64,000 nucleotides of DNA, taken from a virus (lineage: Duplodnaviria > Caudoviricetes). Made by a program: the position numbers and the translations under genes. Under the pieces are notes generated by a model. That model had not been told where the DNA came from. It did no database searches and worked only from the letters and a program-made list of their open reading frames with translations. Below, piece by piece: positions 38,694 to 47,155 of the stretch (position 1 is the stretch's first letter; every line of letters starts with the position of its first letter). The DNA lies in the IMG/VR virus record IMGVR_UViG_3300037067_020597, positions 10,963 through 74,962 of that record; one strand, 5' to 3'.

Positions 38694-40295
38694 ATGGGTA
38701 AATATAGTGGAGGGCCGACTATGATTTTATGGGATAAAACTAAAGAGCAGTTTGGATATGACAAGATATCTGCCAAATCAAAAAGCAAGTTAGTAGTGGC
38801 TTGTGATAATTGTAAAACAGAATTAATAAGAATATCAAGCTCATATAAACAGAAAGTAAAGAAAAACGGCAAATTCTTATGTCATAATTGTGCTACTAAA
38901 AGCACGGATTTTAAAGAGCAGTGTTCTATTAGAGCAAGGCAATTATGGCAAGACGACAGCTACATAAAAAACAACCTATCTGCTGTTAAATCTGATGAAT
39001 ACCGTCAAGCTAAAAGCATTGAGTCTAAAAAGAGATGGCAAGATGCCAATTTTAGAGCTAAGATGATGACGGTTGAGATGACAGCTGCTCGCAAAGTCAG
39101 TAGCTCGAAAACAGCTAAGATTCTCTGGAAAGATCCAAAATATCGTACTAAATTGAGTAGAAGAATTAGTGATAGAATGTTAAAGCGATGGAAACAAGAA
39201 GGATATAGAGAATTTATAGTAGAGGTTGCTAGAGATAATACTACTAAATTATGGGAGGATGGTGTATTTAACGATTCGTTTGGAGAAGAATTTTGTGGTA
39301 AGATGCAAATTATTAATAAGGCTAAATGGCAAGATGAAGAATATCGTCAAAAGATGGCTGTTGTTTTGCTTAATCAACCACGTGTTTCTTCTATACAAAC
39401 GATTTTATATTCTATTCTTGATGATTTGGGTGTTAGATATTTCAGAGAGCACGACAATAGATCTGCTGATGTTGAGTGTCTTATAGGCCCTTGGACGTTT
39501 GATTGTGTCATTCCCAGAGAAAATAAGACGACTTTATTGATCGAATGTCAAGGTGATTATTGGCATTCGCGAAAAGATAGACAAATACGCGACCAACAAA
39601 AATCTTCATATATAACAAATAATCTTTTAGGTCAGTATGAATTGAAGTATTTGTGGGAACATGAATTTCTTTGTCAAGATAAAATAAAAGAAATATTGAA
39701 ATATTGGCTAGGACTCAATGAGCCTGAACTAATCAATTTCAGTTTTAATGATATACAAATTAAAATTACTCCAGCCTTAGATTATAAACCATTATTAGGA
39801 AAATATCATTATCTTCCGAACGCTGGTAGAGGTGGAATAGTTTATGGTGCCTATCTGAAGAATGAACTGATTGCTGTTTGTGCGTTTTCACCATTAATCA
39901 GACAGAACATATCAATTCCAGGATATGATGCTGGTGCTGTTAGAGAGCTATCTCGCCTTTGTCTCCATCCTAAATATCGAAAGAAGAATTTCTTATCATG
40001 GTTCGTGTCTTCTTGTTTAAAGGCACTTGATGATAAATTCAAGTGTGTTATTTCATATTGTGATACAACTTTCAACCATACTGGTGCTATTTATAAAGCA
40101 TGTAATTTCAAATTAGATGGAGAAATATCACCAGATTATTGGTATGTCTCTGATGACGGCTGGATTATGCATAAGAGAACGTTGTATGGGCATGCGATTA
40201 AGATGCAAATGACTGAGAAAGTATTTGCTGAGAAATACAGATTCAAACAAGTATGGGGACAGAAAAAATTAAGATTTAGATACGATAGAGATTAA
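38694..40295 (+). mobile_element. Free-standing Hef-like homing endonuclease: Zn ribbon, NUMOD3-like repeats, Vsr/DUF559-type nuclease, C-terminal Mom/GNAT-like domain
   Basis: CDNC...CHNC; (K/R)WQD.(E/N)(Y/F)R repeats; FDCVI...LIECQGDYWHS; ELSRLC...SWF...ISYCD...HTGAIYKACNF; AT-richer than the flanking tail genes. Confidence 0.7.
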
Positions 40296-40333
40296 CAGGC
40301 TGATTTCTCTGAATCACGAGGCCCACCGCACAT

Positions 40334-40341
40334 CAAACATA
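40334..40341 (+). promoter_or_regulatory. Candidate late-promoter element CAAACATA
   Basis: Intergenic, before tail tube 1. Confidence 0.35.
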
Positions 40342-40458
40342 AGTTAAAAGCAATACGATGTTGGTGGAGCTTTTGGTACTCGAACTTGCGATCTCGCATA
40401 CAATCTCCAGTGCTGAACCTGCCAACATCCATTGTATCATGCGAAGGAGACCCTGACA

Positions 40459-40965
40459 ATTCCTGGATTCAATATATGTGGTACCGGTAGCGGGCCTGCC
40501 GCCAATCTTGAGACTCGCAGAAAGCATCGTTGGGTGTTCCGGACACTCGGAGCAGTGAATCCTGCGGCATTGCTAGTTTTGCAGGCGGCATCACGGCCTA
40601 ACTTCAAATTCGCAGAGCCAGAAATGCACCACGACCAGGAAGTAGCCTACTTCGCTGGCAAGCAAACTTGGGAACCTGTGAGCATGAAATGGTATGATGT
40701 CGAGCAAGATCCCGACGTCTCAGATACCATCTATACCTGGTTACGTACAGTTGTCGATCTGCCGACAGCTATTGTCAATGCGCCATCTGTATATAAACAG
40801 CAAGCTACTTTGGAGATGATTGGGGCTGCTGGGAATACGACAGAGACGTGGATTATGTGTAATGCTTGGCCTAAAGAGGTCAATTGGGGCGATCTTGATT
40901 ATACCGCCACAGATATCTCGACAATTGAAGCAACGTTGAGATACGACCGGGCTATCAAGGCGTAG
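40459..40965 (+). CDS. Tail tube protein (gp19-like) 1, probable ATT start
   Basis: RPNFKF, AGKQTWEPV.MKWYD, W.M.NAWP..VNWGDLDY, L.YDRA; ATT-CCT-GGA-TTC aligns with the MPGF starts of its paralogues; AAGGAG SD at 40444-40449. Confidence 0.88.
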   Translation: MPGFNICGTGSGPAANLETRRKHRWVFRTLGAVNPAALLVLQAASRPNFKFAEPEMHHDQEVAYFAGKQTWEPVSMKWYDVEQDPDVSDTIYTWLRTVVDLPTAIVNAPSVYKQQATLEMIGAAGNTTETWIMCNAWPKEVNWGDLDYTATDISTIEATLRYDRAIKA

Positions 40966-41059
40966 CCCTGCTCTATATCTATTCTGATAGTATATAATTG
41001 GCTTGTTCCATATCAAATCTAAGATAGTGGAACCCGCTCTTACCTTGTATTGGTTTGCC

Positions 41060-41581
41060 ATGCCTGGATTTAACATAGGCCAGAACAATCAAGCTGCTCA
41101 GCCTGGGGCCGCTGTCGAATCGGCTCGCCAACATCGTTGGAAGTTCGCTACACTTGATCCGCTAAAAGACATACTCATATATGCGCATAAGTCTGGCAGA
41201 CCGAAAGTTGAATTTGATAGAGCACAGTTACATCACAGCCAAGACGTTTTGTGGTTTCCTGGCAAGCAGAAATGGTTGCCGATAGATGTTAGTTTCTATC
41301 ATATCATAACAAACACCGATTCTGCATATAAGATTTATCAATGGTGGTCAACTAGAGTTGTTAATCTTGCTTCATCTACTATTAATATCGTGAAGCAAGC
41401 TTGTACGTTGGAGTTACTAAATGGAGAGGGCACATCGATATATAAGTATACAATGTATGGTTGCTGGCCATCTAAAATTACGCCAGATGAATTAGACTAT
41501 GCATCGTCTAAGGTTGGTGAAATCACATTCACATTGGAAATGGATAAAGCCAAAGAAGAGAATCTACAGGAAGCAGAATAA
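41060..41581 (+). CDS. Tail tube protein (gp19-like) 2
   Basis: MPGFNIG, RP.VEF, FPGKQKW.PI...FY, GCWPS.I...LDY, TLEMD. Confidence 0.8.
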   Translation: MPGFNIGQNNQAAQPGAAVESARQHRWKFATLDPLKDILIYAHKSGRPKVEFDRAQLHHSQDVLWFPGKQKWLPIDVSFYHIITNTDSAYKIYQWWSTRVVNLASSTINIVKQACTLELLNGEGTSIYKYTMYGCWPSKITPDELDYASSKVGEITFTLEMDKAKEENLQEAE

Positions 41582-41582
41582 T

Positions 41583-42146
41583 ATGCCAGGCTTTATTGTT
41601 AATGATGTGGGAGGTGGATCTGCCAGCCGAGCGGCAGCTGGAATAAAGCCTGTTTACAACTATACATGGGATATTAAGAGTTTATTTGAAGACCCCATTA
41701 ATACAACCAGGCTTCTGGCCAAAGACGCCACGATGCCAACTTTTACTATTACTAAGGATACTGTAGATGGTTCTTCTCTGACTTATAAATATGCAGGAAT
41801 GGTAGTATGGGAAGATATAAAAGTTACCTTTTATGATGTTGTTCTTGGTGGTGATTCACCGGGGGCCATTCAACTTAAGGCATCCACAATATTTAAGACT
41901 TGGCGCGAAACGGTTTGGTCGAATAGCACTGGGCTGCGTAGCCCATCAGATTACAAAAAAGAATCTAAAATATCAACTTATACTCTTGATTGGCAAGCTG
42001 AATCTGCTTGGACATTGCATGGTAGCTGGCCGAGCGTAGTTAAAGAGGGTGATTTAACATACACAAATACGGACATCAAGGTGGTCGAAGTTACCATTTC
42101 TTATGATTGGGCCGTTTTAGATGAATCTCCTGGCACTACACAATAG
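41583..42146 (+). CDS. Tail tube-like protein (gp19/gp54-like) 3
   Basis: MPGFIV, MPTFTI, YAGMVVWEDI.VTFYD, GSWPS.V..GDL.Y, ISYDWA. Confidence 0.78.
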   Translation: MPGFIVNDVGGGSASRAAAGIKPVYNYTWDIKSLFEDPINTTRLLAKDATMPTFTITKDTVDGSSLTYKYAGMVVWEDIKVTFYDVVLGGDSPGAIQLKASTIFKTWRETVWSNSTGLRSPSDYKKESKISTYTLDWQAESAWTLHGSWPSVVKEGDLTYTNTDIKVVEVTISYDWAVLDESPGTTQ

Positions 42147-42199
42147 TGTTCTGCATAGTAGATACAATTCAGAAATACGCCAGCCACTAGAGGTAATTT

Positions 42200-43225
42200 A
42201 TGCTTGACGATCGCACAGAAGAAGTTGCTTTGACTAATGAGGAATCAGAAGTCAAAGACCAGAAACAAGAGCAGCCTCAAACGAAATCTCTGACAGACCG
42301 GCCAGCTTCAGAGATTGCTAGTATGATTAACGGTGGATCATCTGATATCGACATTATTGATATCATTTCTAGAGCTTCACCAGAGCAGTTAATTCCTTGG
42401 GAAGAAACGACGTTGCCGAGTAAAGGTCTATACTACGGCTGGACTTCGGGCGTTATATCTGTGAAAGCATGGTCATCGAAAATTGACAAGATTTTGGCCA
42501 CTGCCCGGTTAGCTCAAACTGGGCAATCGATCGATTATATGATCAAAGAATGTTGCAAATTTCCAGACGGATTCAACACTCAAGATCTACTAGTTGGCGA
42601 CCAAATTTATTTGCTGTATTACTTGCGTGGTATTACGCACGGCAATGAATATGAGTTTGCAACTACATGCCCGAATCCACAGTGTGGCCAATCTGCAACG
42701 CATTCTATTGACCTTAATGAGTTGGTCAATACTATAGTGTGGGCTGACGAAGGACTCGGATCTGAACCTTTCAGAGTCAAGTTGCCATATTTATCCAAGA
42801 CCATCGAACGAGAGGTTACTGCTGGCATCAGATTTTTGCGAGTGAAAGATGCCAGTCAAATCCAGAGAGCGAAGAAAGCTCAGAATATCATTGGTGGTTC
42901 GAATAGGGCAAGAATCAGGCCAAGAGATCGTGCACAGCAAATCGATCGTAGCCGAGAAGAAATAACGCTCGATGACGTCGTTACACAGAATATCGAAACT
43001 GTGATTGTCGATATCATGGGTAGCACTGATAGATTTAAGATCAGAAGTATCGTTGGCAAGATGCATTCTACCGATATTGCTGTTATCAGGGAATGGCTGA
43101 CAGAGCACACTCCAAGCATTGAAACAATGGTCGAGATGCAGTGTGCTAACTGTGGCGAGACCCATCGCGCTATGTTACCAATAACAGAATCCTTTTTTCG
43201 TCCACAGGTCCCACGAGCAATGTGA
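42200..43225 (+). CDS. Baseplate hub assembly / tail chaperone protein, gp26-like
   Basis: TLPSKGLYY, DQIYLLYYLRGITHG..Y, TCP..C, CANC, LPITESFF. Confidence 0.7.
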   Translation: MLDDRTEEVALTNEESEVKDQKQEQPQTKSLTDRPASEIASMINGGSSDIDIIDIISRASPEQLIPWEETTLPSKGLYYGWTSGVISVKAWSSKIDKILATARLAQTGQSIDYMIKECCKFPDGFNTQDLLVGDQIYLLYYLRGITHGNEYEFATTCPNPQCGQSATHSIDLNELVNTIVWADEGLGSEPFRVKLPYLSKTIEREVTAGIRFLRVKDASQIQRAKKAQNIIGGSNRARIRPRDRAQQIDRSREEITLDDVVTQNIETVIVDIMGSTDRFKIRSIVGKMHSTDIAVIREWLTEHTPSIETMVEMQCANCGETHRAMLPITESFFRPQVPRAM

Positions 43226-43238
43226 AAAAGAGTGGAAT

Positions 43239-43421
43239 ATGCTGATGGAGCAGCAATTCATGCTACGGTGTGGAATAGGCGGGACAGGAGAGTTGACGCT
43301 TTTTGAGCAGAATTGTATGACTGCTGAAGAACGTGCTTGGTGGGCCAAGAAGCTAGAAAGAGTGGCTGAGGAGCGTAATCGCAAGGCACAAGGATCGATG
43401 CCTAATCTACCTCACCAATAA
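43239..43421 (+). CDS. gp51-like small tail/baseplate assembly protein, possibly made as a frameshift extension of the gp26-like ORF
   Basis: F.L.......E...M...ER.WW...L pattern; frame is open back to 43185. Confidence 0.55.
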   Translation: MLMEQQFMLRCGIGGTGELTLFEQNCMTAEERAWWAKKLERVAEERNRKAQGSMPNLPHQ

Positions 43422-43463
43422 TTATTTTCTTAATAAAGTATATTGGTTTTGTTTCAGCCCTAG

Positions 43464-43471
43464 CAAAGATA
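43464..43471 (+). promoter_or_regulatory. Candidate late-promoter element CAAAGATA
   Basis: Intergenic, before 43490. Confidence 0.35.
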
Positions 43472-43489
43472 CTAAAACTGAGGTGCACT

Positions 43490-44371
43490 ATGGCCATATA
43501 CCAACGAATTTCTGCCCGTCGCGGCAATACTGTGCAATTAGACACGCGATTCATGCGTGGAGGGATTGCGACTGCACCATATGCCATTCGTAAGGTGGAA
43601 ATTTATAAGACTCAAGTCATTCCATCGAATCTCATTTCGACTTTTGTTGTGGTCGACCCATGTGACCCAACTTACCCTTCACCCGTCGAATACATTAGGA
43701 CCAACACAGAGCCTGGCTTGTGTGGTACAGAAGGGCAAGAAGGAGTAATAGTTCCTGGTGAGTATCGGCTCATGCTTGATGTACCGCCAGACATCCCAGT
43801 TCCAGACGTTTATTTTGATGTTTGGACATATTTGCCCACAAATCCATGCCTTCTACAAGAAGAATATGGATCAGAAGTGGTCTGTTTAGAGGATACCAGC
43901 GGCTGTATCTATCCCGATTTTGATAATCCAATTGTTGCTGGTATGCTATTGCAAGCCTGTAACAAATTCTGGGTTTATTCTGATGACTGGGATGTCTCTG
44001 ACTCTTTAACTTCTATCAGGCTTGGTTTTGAACCTCTTGATCAGAAGTTCAATCAACCGGAAGTGAGACCGCTGGAAATTGGCATCATGCCGCTCCCATT
44101 GTATGATTATGACTTTAATTTGGTCGCGCCGATATTGCCATATTTAACCGCAACCATCACAATTGAGACCGAATTTCGAGAAGTGCTGGTAACTGATGCA
44201 CCAATGGAGATTGGCCTAAGACAAGGTTCTTATCGCTCAAATCCTTATGTGTTTAGATATATGATTCATACTGATAGGTTCCTTAAAGGTACGTATCAGT
44301 ACAGCATCGTTGTAACGTTGCCAGATGGTTCAACACGATGTAGCAAGAAATTTATTTTAACCATATCGTAA
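43490..44371 (+). CDS. Hypothetical virion structural protein (Ig-like/beta-rich)
   Basis: GAGGTG SD; position in the tail block. Confidence 0.65.
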   Translation: MAIYQRISARRGNTVQLDTRFMRGGIATAPYAIRKVEIYKTQVIPSNLISTFVVVDPCDPTYPSPVEYIRTNTEPGLCGTEGQEGVIVPGEYRLMLDVPPDIPVPDVYFDVWTYLPTNPCLLQEEYGSEVVCLEDTSGCIYPDFDNPIVAGMLLQACNKFWVYSDDWDVSDSLTSIRLGFEPLDQKFNQPEVRPLEIGIMPLPLYDYDFNLVAPILPYLTATITIETEFREVLVTDAPMEIGLRQGSYRSNPYVFRYMIHTDRFLKGTYQYSIVVTLPDGSTRCSKKFILTIS

Positions 44372-44373
44372 TT

Positions 44374-47154
44374 ATGGCTGATGACTCGACTCAAATTGGA
44401 TTAACAACATATATCGAGGCAATACAAATAACGCCATCGGTATCGAGTTTCAGTATAAGCAATGTGATATTAGGTGCTTCCAGATGGCAAAATCCTGGAA
44501 ATCGTTTTGATGTTTTAAATGATGGTACTGTTGATATAAATGATTATAATACTATCATTAATTATATCGCTAGCAATGGTAGCGGTATGCTTCCAAGAAA
44601 AAAGCCAGAGAATCAGCCATATGTAGATGTCAATGGCGACGGGCAAATCACTAGTCAAGATGCCGACCAATTGTTGGCATATCTACAACGCAAGAAGCTA
44701 ATCGACACTACACCCACAACGTCATATCCTATTGTTGACTTCAAGATCAAGCGCGATCTCGTCAATCCGATTACTGTCACAACCATCAAAGATGTAGCTG
44801 CGCAGCAGAACATTTTTCCAACGGCTGATTATTTAATTTTTAGACGCAATTTATCAACAAACGAACTAACACCAGCACAATATTCTGAATCAGTTGCCAG
44901 TAGAGATAGCCTAGTGTTCGTCAATTCACAGGTTATGGTGCCTATTCATCCATTCACACCTGGATGTGATAATAATTCTTGTATCTTAAGGTTAATCAAA
45001 GAGAGAATCGCCGCTGCTGAAATATTGCCTATCAGATTTAACAAGATAGCTGGTGCAACTGGTGTTCTTGCCGCTGGTGCAGGATTGCCAATACCTGGGA
45101 CTGACACAAGTGAGATGCCAGCACAGCCTGTAGTAGAAGGACAGGCTGTTGAGCCTATAGTTTATGTTGAACAGACTACAGAAACAGACACAGATACGAC
45201 AGATACGACGGATACAACTGTTGTTACGCCTCCTGTCGTGGTTTTAGATCCTTTCCCATCGCCATGCGTTATTATCGGTGAAATCAAGTTCGTTTGTGCA
45301 CAAACGAGCGGCAGCAGCAATACTAGCACTAGTTATTGCACTGCTAAAATGACGTCAAATACAACGCCAACACCATACGTAGCAAGTGCTGATAGCGAAG
45401 CGTCGTCATTACATTCAACCTATTTAGGACAATACATTTTTAAATCCTATAGGTATGGTGTATTACAAATTTCTACTACATTAGATCCGACGACATCAGA
45501 TTTTTATCATTGGATTGCCGGAGATTATGAAATAAATTGGGCATTGGCTGGCGGCGATGATCCAGCGCGTATGGCTGGATTTATCGATCCTAGAACAATT
45601 CCCGGTGCTTATATGATATGTTTAGAAGATGTATCAGGTCCTCGTGGTTCCGTTTTTGATTCATGTGTTTTAGTTATACCACAGCTGGATGGATCAATTC
45701 GTTGTGCTTGGAATGGTGAATCTGGACATGTTTTTCAGCACAAGATGTTTGGTCCTGGTGGTAATGTATTATTTGATCCATTTCAACGCGGTAATGAATG
45801 GTACACATGGGAGGTTCCAGGATATTCATGTCCAGCTTGGAAGGCGTTTAATAGAGCGAATGTTGATGAAGCTGATCAATGGGAGAGTGCATCGACGGTT
45901 TTTCCACATTATTTGCAATATGATTTCCATAGTAGTGTTATTGTTAATAAATATGCTTTATTGGAGCGTAATTCCTTTGATTATGTTGGATTTCCACGAG
46001 ATTTTACGCTACAAGGTTCGAATGACAATGTGAATTGGACAGTACTTGATACTAAAACTGGTATGCATGCGCCAGGTCCTAATTCTTGGACACAATATTT
46101 CACTTTTACCAACGGATCGGCATATCGATATTACCGACTAAATGTTACCTCAGTAATAGGCGGCGGCAATAGAGTTAATGTAGGCGAGCTTAAGTTAATT
46201 TGTTCTTCAATCGATGGTGCTGACAATTCGAGCAATACGACATGTACGGCAGTTATGTCTTCTGATAACTTGCCGACTCCTAAGGCTGCTATGGCTAGTG
46301 GCGAATACTATTCTTCATACCGCGATACCACATATTCTGCGTGGAAAGCTTTTAATGGGACGAATCTTGGTGAACCTGATAGATGGATAAGCGCTAATTC
46401 GGTTCCCCCATGGCACATCACTTACGATTTTGGATCTGATTCACCTGTGGCTATAAATAAATATGCTATCCAGCAGCAGAATTATAATGGTGTCACTGTG
46501 GTAAATGATCAGATTGTAAATGAACAGAATTATAGTACTAATGATGGATTTCCAAGAGACTTTACATTGCAAGGATCTCACAATGGAACTACTTGGGTTG
46601 TCTTAGACACAAGAGTCAACGTTACTGCCCCTGGAATGAACAACTGGACTGCTGACTTCACTTTTAGTAACGGGACAGCATATCGTTATTATAAAATCAA
46701 TGTTACAGCTGTGAATGGGCAGTTAGCAATGCCTGTCACTGGTGCGACGGGAGCCACAGGACCAACTGATTGTGTGATCACAGCCAGCCCATCGGCTACA
46801 ATTCGTTATGTTGTGATCACACAATATAATGAGGACGAAAGGACTACAGCAATATTTCATACTGCTGGCCATTCACAAACGACGTTATATTCTAATCAAG
46901 ATCTGATAATCACATTTAATGCTTATGATGTGAAAGGCGTTTATGCAGCTTCTCTATGGCTTGATGGTGTAAAAATTCCTATATCTACAGGTCCGCACGC
47001 CGACACAACAACAGGAGGCGTCAATTTCGGTGTTGCTATTGGTAAGCGTGCCGCAGGAGTCCACAATTACACCATCATAGCAACAAACAACGATGGTGTA
47101 GAAACGACACCTCCGTACACTTGTTGGTTTACTGTATTGCAAGGCGGGGCGTAA
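44374..47154 (+). CDS. Large virion surface protein with a planctomycete-type dockerin pair and two F5/8 type C (discoidin/CBM32)-like domains
   Basis: RWQNPGNRFDVLNDG..DIND and YVDVNGDGQITSQDA; two AWKAFN...YDF...NKYA...FPRDFTLQGS...W.VLD...YRYY repeats. Confidence 0.75.
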   Translation: MADDSTQIGLTTYIEAIQITPSVSSFSISNVILGASRWQNPGNRFDVLNDGTVDINDYNTIINYIASNGSGMLPRKKPENQPYVDVNGDGQITSQDADQLLAYLQRKKLIDTTPTTSYPIVDFKIKRDLVNPITVTTIKDVAAQQNIFPTADYLIFRRNLSTNELTPAQYSESVASRDSLVFVNSQVMVPIHPFTPGCDNNSCILRLIKERIAAAEILPIRFNKIAGATGVLAAGAGLPIPGTDTSEMPAQPVVEGQAVEPIVYVEQTTETDTDTTDTTDTTVVTPPVVVLDPFPSPCVIIGEIKFVCAQTSGSSNTSTSYCTAKMTSNTTPTPYVASADSEASSLHSTYLGQYIFKSYRYGVLQISTTLDPTTSDFYHWIAGDYEINWALAGGDDPARMAGFIDPRTIPGAYMICLEDVSGPRGSVFDSCVLVIPQLDGSIRCAWNGESGHVFQHKMFGPGGNVLFDPFQRGNEWYTWEVPGYSCPAWKAFNRANVDEADQWESASTVFPHYLQYDFHSSVIVNKYALLERNSFDYVGFPRDFTLQGSNDNVNWTVLDTKTGMHAPGPNSWTQYFTFTNGSAYRYYRLNVTSVIGGGNRVNVGELKLICSSIDGADNSSNTTCTAVMSSDNLPTPKAAMASGEYYSSYRDTTYSAWKAFNGTNLGEPDRWISANSVPPWHITYDFGSDSPVAINKYAIQQQNYNGVTVVNDQIVNEQNYSTNDGFPRDFTLQGSHNGTTWVVLDTRVNVTAPGMNNWTADFTFSNGTAYRYYKINVTAVNGQLAMPVTGATGATGPTDCVITASPSATIRYVVITQYNEDERTTAIFHTAGHSQTTLYSNQDLIITFNAYDVKGVYAASLWLDGVKIPISTGPHADTTTGGVNFGVAIGKRAAGVHNYTIIATNNDGVETTPPYTCWFTVLQGGA

Positions 47155-47155
47155 A

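Noticed and set aside
40948-40967. GGGCTA/TAGCCC hairpin over the tube-1 stop codon
   Set aside because: It is a short stem with no U tract, so there is not enough support to call a terminator
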